A DNA stretch of 64,000 nucleotides from a virus (lineage: Duplodnaviria; Heunggongvirae; Uroviricota; Caudoviricetes), in the IMG/VR virus record IMGVR_UViG_3300046318_000589. One strand, written 5' to 3'. Made by a program: the position numbers and the translations under genes. The notes under the pieces were generated by a model. That model saw nothing but the letters and a program-made list of their open reading frames with translations. It ran no database searches and was not told where the DNA came from. Every line of letters begins with the position of its first letter. The stretch's first letter is position 1. Positions 29,101 to 39,302 of the stretch are shown in pieces.

Positions 29101-29775
29101 CAAAATACATCTGGTGCAAATACAATAAGGTTTCAAAGTTCTGGGGGTATGGTATTTAATATTGACGATGACAATAATAATACTGGTAAGGATTTTCAAT
29201 GGAGACATAACGGTGTTGGGTACGGCGGATCGCCATTAATGCAATTAGATGATACTGGAATTTTATCTCTATATGGTCGGTTGGATACAAGAAATAATGA
29301 TATTCACGTTGGTACTGGTAATTTATCGTTTGCGTCTTTAAATTCAGATTATATTAGTTTCAATGATTCCACAAATGAATTTGCATTTGTCGCTGATGGT
29401 GCAACAGCCAGTTCAAAAATTGCAGTGGGTACAGTGGATACAAATACTGTTAATACTGCTACAATATTATCATCAAACGGACAAGTTATTTCAACTTGGT
29501 GTACGTTTAATGGCACAGGAACACCACAAATTATAGATTCCTATAATATAAGTTCCATAACAGATAACGGAGTGGGGGATTACACATTAAATTTCACTAA
29601 TCCTCTCCCTGCTAACTACTGTGTTTCAGTATGTGGTGATTTTTCTGGTGGTATATATCAAGTTGCTAGTCCAGCAACAACTTCCGTTAGAATAAGAGCA
29701 AGAAGTTTTGATGGAAATCTTTTTAACCTAGGTGACCCAACAAGAATTTATGTAACGATTAATTGTAAGCAGTAA
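26200..29775 (+). CDS. tail fiber-like protein
   Basis: 1191 aa of repetitive G/N/S/T-rich beta-structure. Internal duplications recur (IGYSDSTNRFNISRNADVGGGLLGGIF versus IGYIDSTNVFSINRYANSGGSLLGGIR). Confidence 0.5.
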   Translation: MSEKIRDGVTGGTYNTGIEFEMFAPTGDRLGVTGKFNLLVDEVGQITSLNTTNKSSIINSINEVNTNANASVKLNSSPQTLVGSYTFGNAVGTSNNVMFKHDVEFQGSVRFTGGAGDTLDLSNTFIALGDDTSLTPVGDGGLILQRANNIPDARIFWDESENEWKMKPGTALSYGVLHKGNVNATALPYILTGDLNAGDLELISNAPFLRTRKSNGTSNGKVWSFNNSTTNDDLQIRGLSDNFATPYQAYTINRTSGSITGHQFFTNELERLKIDNTNVTSTLPILVNTISERTLNNGVLVDSLIIKDEGILNGANRLVSYLNSGSIFNPTSANLDFTINGQGTEALFIDASSTQIFNRYNTYLDQGLFVDTINQRNSNGITFNHLAKFNANINISKSNPKIVLNATDQGVDSKNWEVYSTSGTFRISSNNDASNALKQAYSIGRTGNSIVSHSWNIGDNVNLLLQGTTLTVGDTVNDANQQITLQSKVGFNTSVVFRQSDGVKGSIGYSDSTNRFNISRNADVGGGLLGGIFISETDVLVDNLTLRVETSLEANTINPYSGNLTAFGQNVNITGILSTNSDKLVFGSFASQDDRIEFDEASNEFRFFEGNDISNSSIKTGNIQLFSSSAPLNTKTTAIDVFNSGAFVIFNISDDGATTNNLYTILKTGISPTSHNFYIGDVIETKISNGVYEFGNGTNDNATTIKLVSKDAFNNVLTFTQAGDALKGDIGYIDSTNVFSINRYANSGGSLLGGIRLHETRISVDTLPLETPASLKTNNILELTNNNGVDIDGVLIKDGSINLGTGNAIQSIGDVNIVLDSDNNATTNFNIYSNSINSTNRLFGITELGTTTINSVSGGDILSIVDANATSAVLANPIISFDYSNGVGGAITRAGYIGFGTTSNDSLYVLNDTGSIILSGTNITLDANNLDLNTVITTSNKNINIGSGSLTMGLSGLYFDTGDIVLKQNTSGANTIRFQSSGGMVFNIDDDNNNTGKDFQWRHNGVGYGGSPLMQLDDTGILSLYGRLDTRNNDIHVGTGNLSFASLNSDYISFNDSTNEFAFVADGATASSKIAVGTVDTNTVNTATILSSNGQVISTWCTFNGTGTPQIIDSYNISSITDNGVGDYTLNFTNPLPANYCVSVCGDFSGGIYQVASPATTSVRIRARSFDGNLFNLGDPTRIYVTINCKQ

Positions 29776-29780
29776 AATTT

Positions 29781-30200
29781 ATGGATATACATTTTAACCC
29801 AAATGAAATCATGCTAAAAATAGAGAGAATTGATTTAGCCATGGTTCATTTTAAAGAAACTCTATCAATCATTAAAAGTAATGATGAGGATATTACTAAT
29901 ATTGAAAAACATATTATTAATATCACAAATGAATTGAGGGATATTCGTAAAGATGTTAAATATATTGAGGATAAACTTCACACTAAACTTATTTCAATAG
30001 AAGATAACAACAATAAACTACATAAAAAATTAGAAACTGTTATAGAAAAAATACAATCTGAAAAAGAAAACAATACTTTAAATCTTCTCAATAAAAATAA
30101 ATTAGTTACATTATTGGTTTCCATAATATCCTTATTGTTTATATCATCTAATGAGAAGACCCAAGAAATATTAACTAAGATTTTAGCAATGATATTATAA
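29781..30200 (+). CDS. coiled-coil protein with C-terminal transmembrane segment
   Basis: 139 aa, a heptad-rich middle region and a hydrophobic C-terminus. Confidence 0.4.
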   Translation: MDIHFNPNEIMLKIERIDLAMVHFKETLSIIKSNDEDITNIEKHIINITNELRDIRKDVKYIEDKLHTKLISIEDNNNKLHKKLETVIEKIQSEKENNTLNLLNKNKLVTLLVSIISLLFISSNEKTQEILTKILAMIL

Positions 30201-30202
30201 CA

Positions 30203-30502
30203 ATGAACATATTTTTTTATCTCTGTATTTTTATATTCGTAGCCAATATTATAATTGGGTTGTACATATCAAAGCAAATCATAGATAAAACCCACCCTCT
30301 TATATACAGTTTTTTGTTATACACCATTACAATGTCATTATATTTTACGATAGTAACGTGTAGTTGTCATTTTATTCTTCTAGAACATAATATAATTCAG
30401 ATAATAACAAAAGTTACAATATCGGTATTTATTCTTTTATTTTACTACATTTTGTTATTTAAATCGAAAACTTTAAGTTCGGTAAAAAATTTGACAAATT
30501 AA
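30203..30502 (+). CDS. small multi-pass membrane protein
   Basis: 99 aa with three hydrophobic segments. Confidence 0.35.
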   Translation: MNIFFYLCIFIFVANIIIGLYISKQIIDKTHPLIYSFLLYTITMSLYFTIVTCSCHFILLEHNIIQIITKVTISVFILLFYYILLFKSKTLSSVKNLTN

Positions 30503-30542
30503 AATAAAGCATCTATAATTTAAGTAATCATTTAGGAATAGC

Positions 30543-31268
30543 ATGGTTCGACAATACAAATCAAAAACTAAAACATCTCTATTAATAGATAGTGATGAAA
30601 AAATACCAAATACAGGTAAATACAACCCCCCTTTTGAACTAACAAGTAAACAGAAAAATATAAAAACCGCTTTTTCCAAGAATCATATAATTCTTGATGG
30701 TTCAGCAGGTACTGGTAAAACATACATTTCTCTTTATTTATCATTACTTGCTCTACAAGAAAAAAAGTTTGAAAAAATCATTATTGTGAGAAGTCCACAA
30801 CAGACGGTGGAGGTAGGTTTCTTACCAGGTGGTATAGATTTTTCAACGGACGGTGCTAAATTAGCACCTTTTTTAATACCCTATGAAAACATTGTAAATG
30901 AAATTGCAGGTAAGGGTTTTTGGTTTAGTAATTTTGGTAAAAGAATTATATTTGAACCTGGTGTTGCAATAAGAGGATTAACTTTTGACAATGCTATTGT
31001 TTTTGTTGATGAAGCACAGAATTTTAATTTTCATGCGTTGGACAGCATTATTACAAGACTTGGTAAAAATAGTAAATTCATCATGGCGGGGGATTACTAT
31101 CAAACAGATTTAAAGAAATCCCATGATAAAAATGGTTTTTTAGACTTTTTAAATATCCTAGAGAATGTTGATTACTTTACAAGATTTACCTTTGCACATA
31201 AAGATATTGTGCGAAGTGAATTGGTAAAATCATATATTATTGCAAAAGAGAACTATCAAAAACCCTAA
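30543..31268 (+). CDS. phoH: PhoH-like ATPase
   Basis: Walker A LDGSAGTGKTYISL, a Walker B region FVDEAQN, and GFLPGG. These are typical phage PhoH motifs. Confidence 0.8.
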   Translation: MVRQYKSKTKTSLLIDSDEKIPNTGKYNPPFELTSKQKNIKTAFSKNHIILDGSAGTGKTYISLYLSLLALQEKKFEKIIIVRSPQQTVEVGFLPGGIDFSTDGAKLAPFLIPYENIVNEIAGKGFWFSNFGKRIIFEPGVAIRGLTFDNAIVFVDEAQNFNFHALDSIITRLGKNSKFIMAGDYYQTDLKKSHDKNGFLDFLNILENVDYFTRFTFAHKDIVRSELVKSYIIAKENYQKP

Positions 31269-31340
31269 TTTTCTATTGACAATTTTACTTTTTTATGATT
31301 TAATAATAATTGTTAAAATATTTTTCAGAAAGTTAATAGA

Positions 31341-32687
31341 ATGACTATTTCATTTTTTTATATTATAAGTGGCTTAATTATAGTTACTTTATGTGCATTG
31401 GGTGCTTGGGTAACAAGCCTAAGGCGTGTCGTAAGCACTAATGAAGTGCATATAATCCAAAGCTCAAAAACGACAATTTCATTTGGTAAAGATGAAATGT
31501 CAGGTAACAGTTATTATGAATTTCCAAGTTGGATACCCGTTATAGGTATAAATGTTATTAAATTGCCAGTCAGTGTTTTTAGTTTAAGATTAAATAATTA
31601 TGAAGCTTATGATAACGGAAGATTACCATTCGTATTAGACCTAGAGGCTTTTTTTAGAATTGAAAATTCAAATGTTGCCGCTCAACGAGTATCGAGTGTG
31701 CAAGAATTAAATAATCAATTAACATCAATTTTACAAGGAGCTGCACGAACTATTCTTGCTAGTAAAACTATTGAAGAGATTATGCAAGGTCGTTCTGAGT
31801 TTGGAGATGCTTTCACAAAAGAAGTTAATGAACAATTAAAGGCTTGGGGTGTGGTCACTGTTAAAAATATCGAATTGATGGATATTCGAGATAGCAGAGA
31901 AAGTAATGTCATTCAAAATATTATGGATAAGAAAAAATCTGAAATAGAAAAAGAGAGTAGAATTGTTGTTGCTTCAAATAAAAAAATAGCTCAAAATGCA
32001 GAGATTGATGCTAATAGGGAAGTCGAATTAAACAAGCAAATGGCTAGTGAACAAATTGGTATTCGTACAGCTGAGAAAGATAAAGCTATTGGTATATCGC
32101 AAGAAAAAACCAACCAAGACATAAAGGAACAACAAAAAATAACTGCTGAAAAAAGTATGGAAGTTTCGAGAATAGAAAATGTTAAATCTGCGGAGATTAA
32201 CAAAGACGTTAATATTGTTAAGGCGGAGGAACAACGTCAAACAGAAATTGTAAAAGCTGAAGGTGAAAAGCAAAAAACTGTCTTGATAGCGGAAGGTAGA
32301 TTAGAAGCACAAAAACGTGAAGCTGAAGCTGTGTTGGCTAATGGTAAAGCAAAAGCGGAATCTGAAAAACTATTACAACTTGCTCCTGTAGAGGCTCAAA
32401 TTGTCCTTGCTAAGGAAATTGGTGATAATGGCAACTATCAAAAATACTTAATAACCATAAGACAGATTGAATCGTCCCAGGCTATAGGTATAGAACAAGC
32501 AAAAGCATTAGATAAAGCTGATATTAAAGTTATAGCAAATAGTGGTACTGTTACCAATGGCATCAATTCTATTGGTGATTTATTTACTTCGCATGGCGGT
32601 ACTTCCATTGCATCTTCTTTGGAGGGATTAGCACAAAGCCCAATAGGAAAACAAATTATTGATAAGATAACATCAATTAAGAACTAA
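31341..32687 (+). CDS. SPFH/band-7 (flotillin/stomatin-like) membrane protein
   Basis: An N-terminal transmembrane segment, an SPFH-like core, and a long EA-rich coiled coil (AEGEKQKTVLIAEGRLEAQKREAEA). Confidence 0.6.
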   Translation: MTISFFYIISGLIIVTLCALGAWVTSLRRVVSTNEVHIIQSSKTTISFGKDEMSGNSYYEFPSWIPVIGINVIKLPVSVFSLRLNNYEAYDNGRLPFVLDLEAFFRIENSNVAAQRVSSVQELNNQLTSILQGAARTILASKTIEEIMQGRSEFGDAFTKEVNEQLKAWGVVTVKNIELMDIRDSRESNVIQNIMDKKKSEIEKESRIVVASNKKIAQNAEIDANREVELNKQMASEQIGIRTAEKDKAIGISQEKTNQDIKEQQKITAEKSMEVSRIENVKSAEINKDVNIVKAEEQRQTEIVKAEGEKQKTVLIAEGRLEAQKREAEAVLANGKAKAESEKLLQLAPVEAQIVLAKEIGDNGNYQKYLITIRQIESSQAIGIEQAKALDKADIKVIANSGTVTNGINSIGDLFTSHGGTSIASSLEGLAQSPIGKQIIDKITSIKN

Positions 32688-32776
32688 TCAAATAACCTTT
32701 CGTATTTCCCCCTCAAAGGATTATTCTTTTGGGGGGTTTTTATTATAAAACCTAATTAATTTAAAACGGATTAATA

Positions 32777-33529
32777 ATGGTAACGAAAGCTCAATTAAAA
32801 GATAAGGTACTTGCAAAACTAGGTCAAGGAGCTATTCGTCCAAATATTACCGATACGCAACTTACCAATGCCATCGATGAAGCAATACAATTCTTTCACG
32901 ATAGGGTGGAAGATGGTACTGAACAAAAATACTACAAGTACCTTATCACGCAAGATGATGTTACAAGAGCGGATAATGCAATTACGTTACCAACACAAAT
33001 CGTTGATATATTAAAATTTATACCTGTACGAAAAAGAGCATCTTTATCTATTGAGGATGGTGTTGACGTTTATTCCGCTTTAAATACAGGTGTTATGACA
33101 ATGAATCATACAAACACCAGTACAATATCCGATTATTATATAGCCAAGCAATACATTGAATTATTTAAGTCTGTATTTTCCACATCGGACGGTTTCTCTT
33201 ATTCTAAATTTTCCAATAGAGTACAACTCGATTTAGAGATTGGTATTGATATTGTAGCGGGGGATTACCTTGTATTTTTAGTGAAGACTATTGTTGATCC
33301 TGAAGTACATAATAAAATGTATGGGGATAGGTTATTATTAAATTTAGCGACAGCATACGCCTCAAAATATGAAGCAGTAAATCTTACAAAATTAAATGGC
33401 ATTGATATTCCAGGGGGTATCAAATTTGATGTGGCTAGATTGGAAAAAAGAGCGGACGAAGCAATAAGTAAATTTGAGCAAGAAATTGAGAATTATTATA
33501 GAATGCCATTAGGGATTTATGTTTACTGA
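32777..33529 (+). CDS. neck protein, T4 gp13-like
   Basis: The N-terminal KAQLKDKVLAKLGQGAIRPNITDTQLTNAIDEAIQFF parallels T4 gp13 [55 protein letters not shown] motif lies upstream. Confidence 0.55.
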   Translation: MVTKAQLKDKVLAKLGQGAIRPNITDTQLTNAIDEAIQFFHDRVEDGTEQKYYKYLITQDDVTRADNAITLPTQIVDILKFIPVRKRASLSIEDGVDVYSALNTGVMTMNHTNTSTISDYYIAKQYIELFKSVFSTSDGFSYSKFSNRVQLDLEIGIDIVAGDYLVFLVKTIVDPEVHNKMYGDRLLLNLATAYASKYEAVNLTKLNGIDIPGGIKFDVARLEKRADEAISKFEQEIENYYRMPLGIYVY

Positions 33530-34431
33530 TGACAATTAATAATCTAACAGCTTTCGTTGATATTGACGCACAAAATATGTACAAGCAGTTGGCGGATGAT
33601 ATTATCCAAGCTGTTGGAACTGATTTTTATTACTTACCAAAAGAACGCTTGGATGTTGATGCTTTCCTAAGAGAAGATATACATAGAGTATTTAAAAATG
33701 CGTATATAATTGAAGGATATGTAAAAAACAAAGAACAATATGTTCATACGATTAATGCACAAGCAAAATACGGTATGGATTATAGAGAATATATTACATT
33801 ATGTATCACTAAAAATAGATTCCACCAAGTATTACCTATTGAATTTGCAAGACCACGCACGGGGGATTTAATTTATTCCCCTGTTTATAAGGGTGTATTT
33901 ACAATTAATTATACTGAACATGAAATGCCTTTTTACCAATTACAACAATTAACTTTTTATGAATTATATTTAGAAAGATATGTTTATAATCAAGATACGA
34001 TTGAAACGGGTATTGCAGTTGTTGATAATATACAATATGAATATGGCTATCAAATTACAATACAATACACAGATAGGGTCGGTACATTTGTTGTGGGAGA
34101 TAAAGTTGATCAAACATGGAGCGGTATCACGATAAGGGGTAAAATAGCAAGTATTGATACGGTAAATAACCGCATGACAATCACTGATATTACATCCAAC
34201 AATGAATTACAATTAAATTTTGTTGTATCTGAAACATATCTAGTATATAAAAGCACAGATAATACTCGAAGATTTGAAATCAGTAAGATTTATGATGTCA
34301 ATAGCACCTTAGCTACCAATGAAACCGATTTAGTAATACCTAATTCTGATCAAGCACAGAATCAAGAGTTAGAAAAAGATATTAAGGATTATATAAATCC
34401 TGTACCGTCAAATAACCCATTTTGGAGTTAG
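33529..34431 (+). CDS. neck protein, gp14-like by synteny
   Basis: 300 aa, translationally coupled to the gp13-like gene. Confidence 0.35.
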   Translation: MTINNLTAFVDIDAQNMYKQLADDIIQAVGTDFYYLPKERLDVDAFLREDIHRVFKNAYIIEGYVKNKEQYVHTINAQAKYGMDYREYITLCITKNRFHQVLPIEFARPRTGDLIYSPVYKGVFTINYTEHEMPFYQLQQLTFYELYLERYVYNQDTIETGIAVVDNIQYEYGYQITIQYTDRVGTFVVGDKVDQTWSGITIRGKIASIDTVNNRMTITDITSNNELQLNFVVSETYLVYKSTDNTRRFEISKIYDVNSTLATNETDLVIPNSDQAQNQELEKDIKDYINPVPSNNPFWS

Positions 34432-34434
34432 TAA

Positions 34435-35169
34435 ATGGCAATAGCAACATATAACGAAGCAACAAGAAAATTACTAACAGCATTTGGTGATTTGTTTAAT
34501 AATATTACAATACATAGAAATACCAATAATGGATATAAGCCTGTAAAATTACCAATACATTTTGCACCTGCATCGTATGATTATCTTAATATATTGGAAC
34601 ACCCCAATCTAACAAACATTAAACCATCAATAAATTTACCTATCTTAACTTTTGAGATAACACGAATGGAATTGGATTCAAGTCGAAAAGAAAATAGGTA
34701 TTTTACTAAAACTTCTTGTGTTGCTAATGCAAATGGAACTTTTGATGTTATTCGTTCACCAACACCATTTATTGTAAATTTCAGTCTTTATTTATATACA
34801 CATTACCTCGATGATGTTTATGAAGTACAAGAAAGAATATTTACAGGATTTAATCCCAAGGTTACAGTTCAAATAAAACAGGATAATGGTATAGTTACGC
34901 AAGTGCCAATTACTTTTGCAGGTATATCAAAAACTGATAATTATGAGGGTTCACCAAAAGATAAATCAAGATTAATAATGACTACATTTAGTTTTGATGC
35001 TAAGATGGATTTCTATCGTACAAGTGGGGAAGTAGTGGATGTTATTAAAAAGATAACATTAAAGTATGATTATCCTCCGTCACCTCAAATAGATCATACC
35101 ACAGAAATAAAGGTTGACCCAATAGATGCGGACGTAACGGACAACTGGACAATTATTGTTACTCCTTGA
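34435..35169 (+). CDS. tail completion/sheath stabilizer, gp15-like by synteny
   Basis: 244 aa, third gene of the putative neck module. Confidence 0.3.
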   Translation: MAIATYNEATRKLLTAFGDLFNNITIHRNTNNGYKPVKLPIHFAPASYDYLNILEHPNLTNIKPSINLPILTFEITRMELDSSRKENRYFTKTSCVANANGTFDVIRSPTPFIVNFSLYLYTHYLDDVYEVQERIFTGFNPKVTVQIKQDNGIVTQVPITFAGISKTDNYEGSPKDKSRLIMTTFSFDAKMDFYRTSGEVVDVIKKITLKYDYPPSPQIDHTTEIKVDPIDADVTDNWTIIVTP

Positions 35170-35233
35170 TAATAATTTCTCTTTACTTTTTAAAAAATAT
35201 ATGCTAATTTATTAAAATTAAAAAAGGAACATT

Positions 35234-36718
35234 ATGCAGAACATATTTTCGGAAAAAATGTTATTAGTTGCATTAATAAGAGAAGAAAAAATAAGCAACA
35301 CCATATCGCATATAAAATCAGAATACTTTAACGATAACTATTATCAATACATCTTTAAATCCTTAAAAAAATACCATACTGATTATAATACTTTGCCGAG
35401 TATGGATATAATTATGGATATGTCTTTGAAGGATATGTCTTTTCATAAGTTTTTCAAAGAAGACCAAGATATTTATCAGGAAAAACTTGGGGAATTATAC
35501 CAATATAATAAAGCTGATATAGACATACCATATATTACAAATGAAACACAAAATTGGTTAGTGAACAACAGTGTTTTGGGTATTGGTGTAAAAATACAAG
35601 ATATACTACAAAAACCTAATGAGAGTAAAGAAAAGTTTGATGAAATAGGACGACTTGTTCCTGAATTGACTGAGGCTGTAAATTTAAGTTTAACACCTAA
35701 AAAAGTAACGAAACTTAATGATATAAATACATACTTCTCTTTAATTAAAGAATTGAGTGAGGGTAAGCCATTAGTTGCAACATCTTTAAAAACTATTTCT
35801 GAAGTTGCGGGATTTAACTTAAAAAGAGGTTCTACAAATGTTGTTATTGGTGCAACAGGTTCTGGTAAATCATGTCATCTCATGGGACATTATATCGGTG
35901 CTTTAGATATGGGTTATAACTGTCTATATGCTTCATTTGAATTACAAGAGGCTGATCTAATACAAAGATACATGAGTAACATATATGACATTCCAATGAA
36001 TGAAATATATGCAAAATCTCTCAAAGAAACTGATGATTTCACTAGCCATTTCAAAGATAAATTCAATGATTTATCATCCCATACAAGAGGGGAAAGTTAT
36101 GTATCATATTTTTCACCCAAAAGGACGGGCGTTGAAGAAGTTGAAAATTATGTTAAGTTTATTGAAGACCGTGACAATATAAAGATAGATTGTGTTATTT
36201 TTGATTATCTTTCTAAAATGAAATTGGGACGTATGTTTGGTAGAAACACCGATGCGGAATGGTCACAATTAATATCCTTAACCAGAGAGATGGATTCCTT
36301 TTCAAAAGCCAATAATTTGGTATCATGGACAGCGATGCAATTAAAACCCGACGCACAACAAAAAGAATATTTAAGTTCTGTTGATATTGCTTATGCTAAA
36401 GGTATTTTAGATGAGGTATCATTTGCTTATGCGTATTTAGAAGATAAAGAAACAAAACATCACAAATGTTTCACATTAAAAAGCAGACAAGGTAAAAAAA
36501 CAGATTTATTTATGTTAGGCTTTAATCCTGCCTATCAAAGAATATACGATATAGATCAATCCATATTAAAGGTGACATCATTTGACAGAGAAATAATTGA
36601 AGCGTTGAAAGTTGATGTTAAGAGTGTTGATGAAATGAGATCGTATAAACCACAACAAAATATATTTGGCATGACTACCCCCACAAACGTACATAACGCT
36701 TTTAATTTAACTATCTAA
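35234..36718 (+). CDS. DnaB-family replicative helicase (T4 gp41-like)
   Basis: Walker A GATGSGKS, a Walker B region IDCVIFDYLSKM, and a DnaB-type N-terminal domain. Confidence 0.75.
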   Translation: MQNIFSEKMLLVALIREEKISNTISHIKSEYFNDNYYQYIFKSLKKYHTDYNTLPSMDIIMDMSLKDMSFHKFFKEDQDIYQEKLGELYQYNKADIDIPYITNETQNWLVNNSVLGIGVKIQDILQKPNESKEKFDEIGRLVPELTEAVNLSLTPKKVTKLNDINTYFSLIKELSEGKPLVATSLKTISEVAGFNLKRGSTNVVIGATGSGKSCHLMGHYIGALDMGYNCLYASFELQEADLIQRYMSNIYDIPMNEIYAKSLKETDDFTSHFKDKFNDLSSHTRGESYVSYFSPKRTGVEEVENYVKFIEDRDNIKIDCVIFDYLSKMKLGRMFGRNTDAEWSQLISLTREMDSFSKANNLVSWTAMQLKPDAQQKEYLSSVDIAYAKGILDEVSFAYAYLEDKETKHHKCFTLKSRQGKKTDLFMLGFNPAYQRIYDIDQSILKVTSFDREIIEALKVDVKSVDEMRSYKPQQNIFGMTTPTNVHNAFNLTI

Positions 36719-36735
36719 TTTAATAAAGGTAAAAC

Positions 36736-37428
36736 ATGAAACAGAAAATAGTCTTAATAAATGGTGATATTGGTATAGGAAAGTCATTTCTTTCCAATAT
36801 TTTCGTGCAAAATGGTTTCATTAAGGAATCATTCGCTCATACCCTTAAAGAATTGGCGTACACCATGATGAAAGAATATTTTGATGGGGTAGTACCTGAA
36901 ATGATTTACGGTGATTATAAAGCAAAAAAACAGCGTTTAAAGTCATGTAAGGATTTTCGTGCAATAAATGCTTCTTTATATTTTGATTATTGGTTGAGAT
37001 GTCAAAAAATATCGTTATTGGATGATAAGACTATATCGGAATGTAAGGTTGATTTATTTAAAAAACTATCCAGCCCTAAAATAACAGCGAGAGAAATTAT
37101 GCAATATTTAGGGACGGAAATTCTAAGAGATAGAATACATAAAGACTTTCATGTCTTATCATTTTTAGATAGAAATAAAGGGGAAGAAAACAATATCGTT
37201 ATAGATGATTTTAGATTCCCCAATGAATATATTATTCTTAATCGTAAAAGAAAATTTGACACATATTCTATTAAGATTGAAAAAGATTATAAAGAGGGTA
37301 AAAAAAGAGATAGTCATGTTTCCGAAAACCAAGATTTACATATTGACTTTACTGTAAAATTGGAACAGGATGAATTGGTATCAATCAAGCACTATCAACA
37401 AATTATGGATTTTATAAATGGATTATGA
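36736..37428 (+). CDS. P-loop kinase, possibly dNMP kinase-like
   Basis: Atypical P-loop GDIGIGKS. HTLKELAYTMM resembles the T4 gp1 YPIKEALAIAW region. Confidence 0.35.
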   Translation: MKQKIVLINGDIGIGKSFLSNIFVQNGFIKESFAHTLKELAYTMMKEYFDGVVPEMIYGDYKAKKQRLKSCKDFRAINASLYFDYWLRCQKISLLDDKTISECKVDLFKKLSSPKITAREIMQYLGTEILRDRIHKDFHVLSFLDRNKGEENNIVIDDFRFPNEYIILNRKRKFDTYSIKIEKDYKEGKKRDSHVSENQDLHIDFTVKLEQDELVSIKHYQQIMDFINGL

Positions 37429-37906
37429 AATAGATGCGAGATTTAAAAAGGTCTTAAAGAAAACTAAAAAAGGTTATACTTATGAGGAAACTTTTTCTAA
37501 CGATGTGAGATGTATGATACAGGATTCATTAACAATGGAATCTGATACTTACGCCCCATGTAATTGTCATTTAGAACCAATAGAAAATGAGGAAGATCCT
37601 CGTAACGTGTCGATATTCCCTCTTCCAATGATTACCCCCGATATGAATAACATTATATATTTATCCTTGAGAATTATATGCACTGATTGTGGGGCTTTGA
37701 GGGATTTTGAATTGGAAACTGTTGTTAGAGAAGTCGAAAAACACAATGCTTTTATTGATAAGATAATAAAGGACATTGAAACTTATGAGAAAAAACCGAA
37801 TGATGGTACAAATATTATTCCAATACCCGTCAATACTAAAAAGCCTCAAGGGAATAATGGCATGGGTAAGGTTATTAAATTTACCAAAGATAAATCTAAG
37901 GAATAA
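37418..37906 (+). CDS. hypothetical Cys-rich protein
   Basis: 162 aa containing CNCH...CTDCG. Confidence 0.4.
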   Translation: MDYEIDARFKKVLKKTKKGYTYEETFSNDVRCMIQDSLTMESDTYAPCNCHLEPIENEEDPRNVSIFPLPMITPDMNNIIYLSLRIICTDCGALRDFELETVVREVEKHNAFIDKIIKDIETYEKKPNDGTNIIPIPVNTKKPQGNNGMGKVIKFTKDKSKE

Positions 37907-37908
37907 CT

Positions 37909-38847
37909 ATGCCTTATACGATTTCTATTTTTGGGGATAATAAAGTTCTCGTTGGGGATAAATACCAGGACAAGGTTTCTAATATTATACACTTCTCAGA
38001 ATGGGAACATTTAAAGAAATGGTTATACGAACAACATAATATATATACCCCCTCCAAGAAAAACAATTTACATATTGTATCGGGGGAAACAACAACAGGC
38101 TTTAGAAAAAAGGGTTCTTTCCCATCGACAAGTTGTTGTTATTTTATGGATATTGATAATTTAAATGGTATGTCCATGAATGGCTTTATTGAAAAGTATA
38201 AACATTTAAACCATCATTACATAGCATATAACTCAGCGTCATGTCGCAGAGAAGATATAAGATTTAGGTTGGTATTTGAATTGGATAGACCTGTTGAAAA
38301 TAAAGAATTTTTACATTTTTGGACAAACCTTAATCGTTTATATGATAATTTATTTGATAAACAGACAAATTTCATTGAAAAAACCAATGCTTGTCCAAGA
38401 ACTTTTGACGGATCGTTAAATTTTATTTTAGAAAAGGGGAGTAAAAAAGTATGTGTAAACAAAGTCAAAAACGCCTTTATATATACACCACCCCCAAAGA
38501 CTTTAGATATGGAAATGTTTTCTGATTTTAAAGCGAAACAGATAAAATTAAATGGGAGAGATATTTATTGGAGTAGCATTCGGGATTGTCCTTTTGTTCC
38601 AATGGATAAGGTACAAGAATACCAATCCATTATGAATACTGATGGCACAGGACGATTCGATTTATTTTTTAGAATAATGTGTTCTGTCAGTAGTAAAGCT
38701 TATAAGAGAAAATATCCTTTAACGACATCAGAATTAAACATGATTATGTCGGAAGTAGATGCTAATGGGTATCAACGTAGAGAAAAGAAAATGAGTTATA
38801 TTAAATCCCTCACAAACGCCATTAAACTTGGTCAAACTGCTGGATAA
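37909..38847 (+). CDS. hypothetical protein with a DxD motif; an AEP-type primase is one possibility
   Basis: 312 aa. CYFMDIDNL looks like a beta-strand DxD motif. Confidence 0.3.
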   Translation: MPYTISIFGDNKVLVGDKYQDKVSNIIHFSEWEHLKKWLYEQHNIYTPSKKNNLHIVSGETTTGFRKKGSFPSTSCCYFMDIDNLNGMSMNGFIEKYKHLNHHYIAYNSASCRREDIRFRLVFELDRPVENKEFLHFWTNLNRLYDNLFDKQTNFIEKTNACPRTFDGSLNFILEKGSKKVCVNKVKNAFIYTPPPKTLDMEMFSDFKAKQIKLNGRDIYWSSIRDCPFVPMDKVQEYQSIMNTDGTGRFDLFFRIMCSVSSKAYKRKYPLTTSELNMIMSEVDANGYQRREKKMSYIKSLTNAIKLGQTAG

Positions 38848-38865
38848 AAATAATGCTTGATTTTT

Positions 38866-38900
38866 GTAAAAAGTTATGCTATATTAACAAAGATAAACAT
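38866..38900 (+). promoter_or_regulatory. sigma70-like promoter (TTGATT, 17-nt spacer, TATATT)
   Basis: It lies inside the annotated 38853 ORF. The real start of that gene is more likely the ATG at 38916, preceded by an AAAGGAGAA ribosome-binding site. Confidence 0.45.
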
Positions 38901-38915
38901 TCAAAGGAGAATACA

Positions 38916-39296
38916 ATGTCATTTCTAAATATTTTTAAATCAAAACAACCCATTATTAAAAAAGAATTACCTGAAAGTCAAAAAACACTCATTAAATGTC
39001 TAATGAACGGTGGAGGTGATTACGGGTATCGTATTAGTGCGGATAAAAAAGAATTATTTTTTGAAAATTATAAAGTAATCATGTTAAAACCGAAAGACAA
39101 ACAGCATTCCCCCACATTTATCATATCGGAAAATGGTGAATTTGTAAAAGACCAAGTACATATAGATGATATGTACGAATACGATCATCATTTGGTTTCA
39201 TACATCAAAGATAGACTGGAAGGTCTATTAATCGACTTTAACACTATTGTTAAAAAAGAATTATCTGAAGAAGTTTATGAACTAAGAAACGAGTAA
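38916..39296 (+). CDS. hypothetical protein
   Basis: Begins MSFLNIFKSK and has a strong ribosome-binding site. Confidence 0.45.
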   Translation: MSFLNIFKSKQPIIKKELPESQKTLIKCLMNGGGDYGYRISADKKELFFENYKVIMLKPKDKQHSPTFIISENGEFVKDQVHIDDMYEYDHHLVSYIKDRLEGLLIDFNTIVKKELSEEVYELRNE

Positions 39297-39302
39297 AAAA
39301 TA

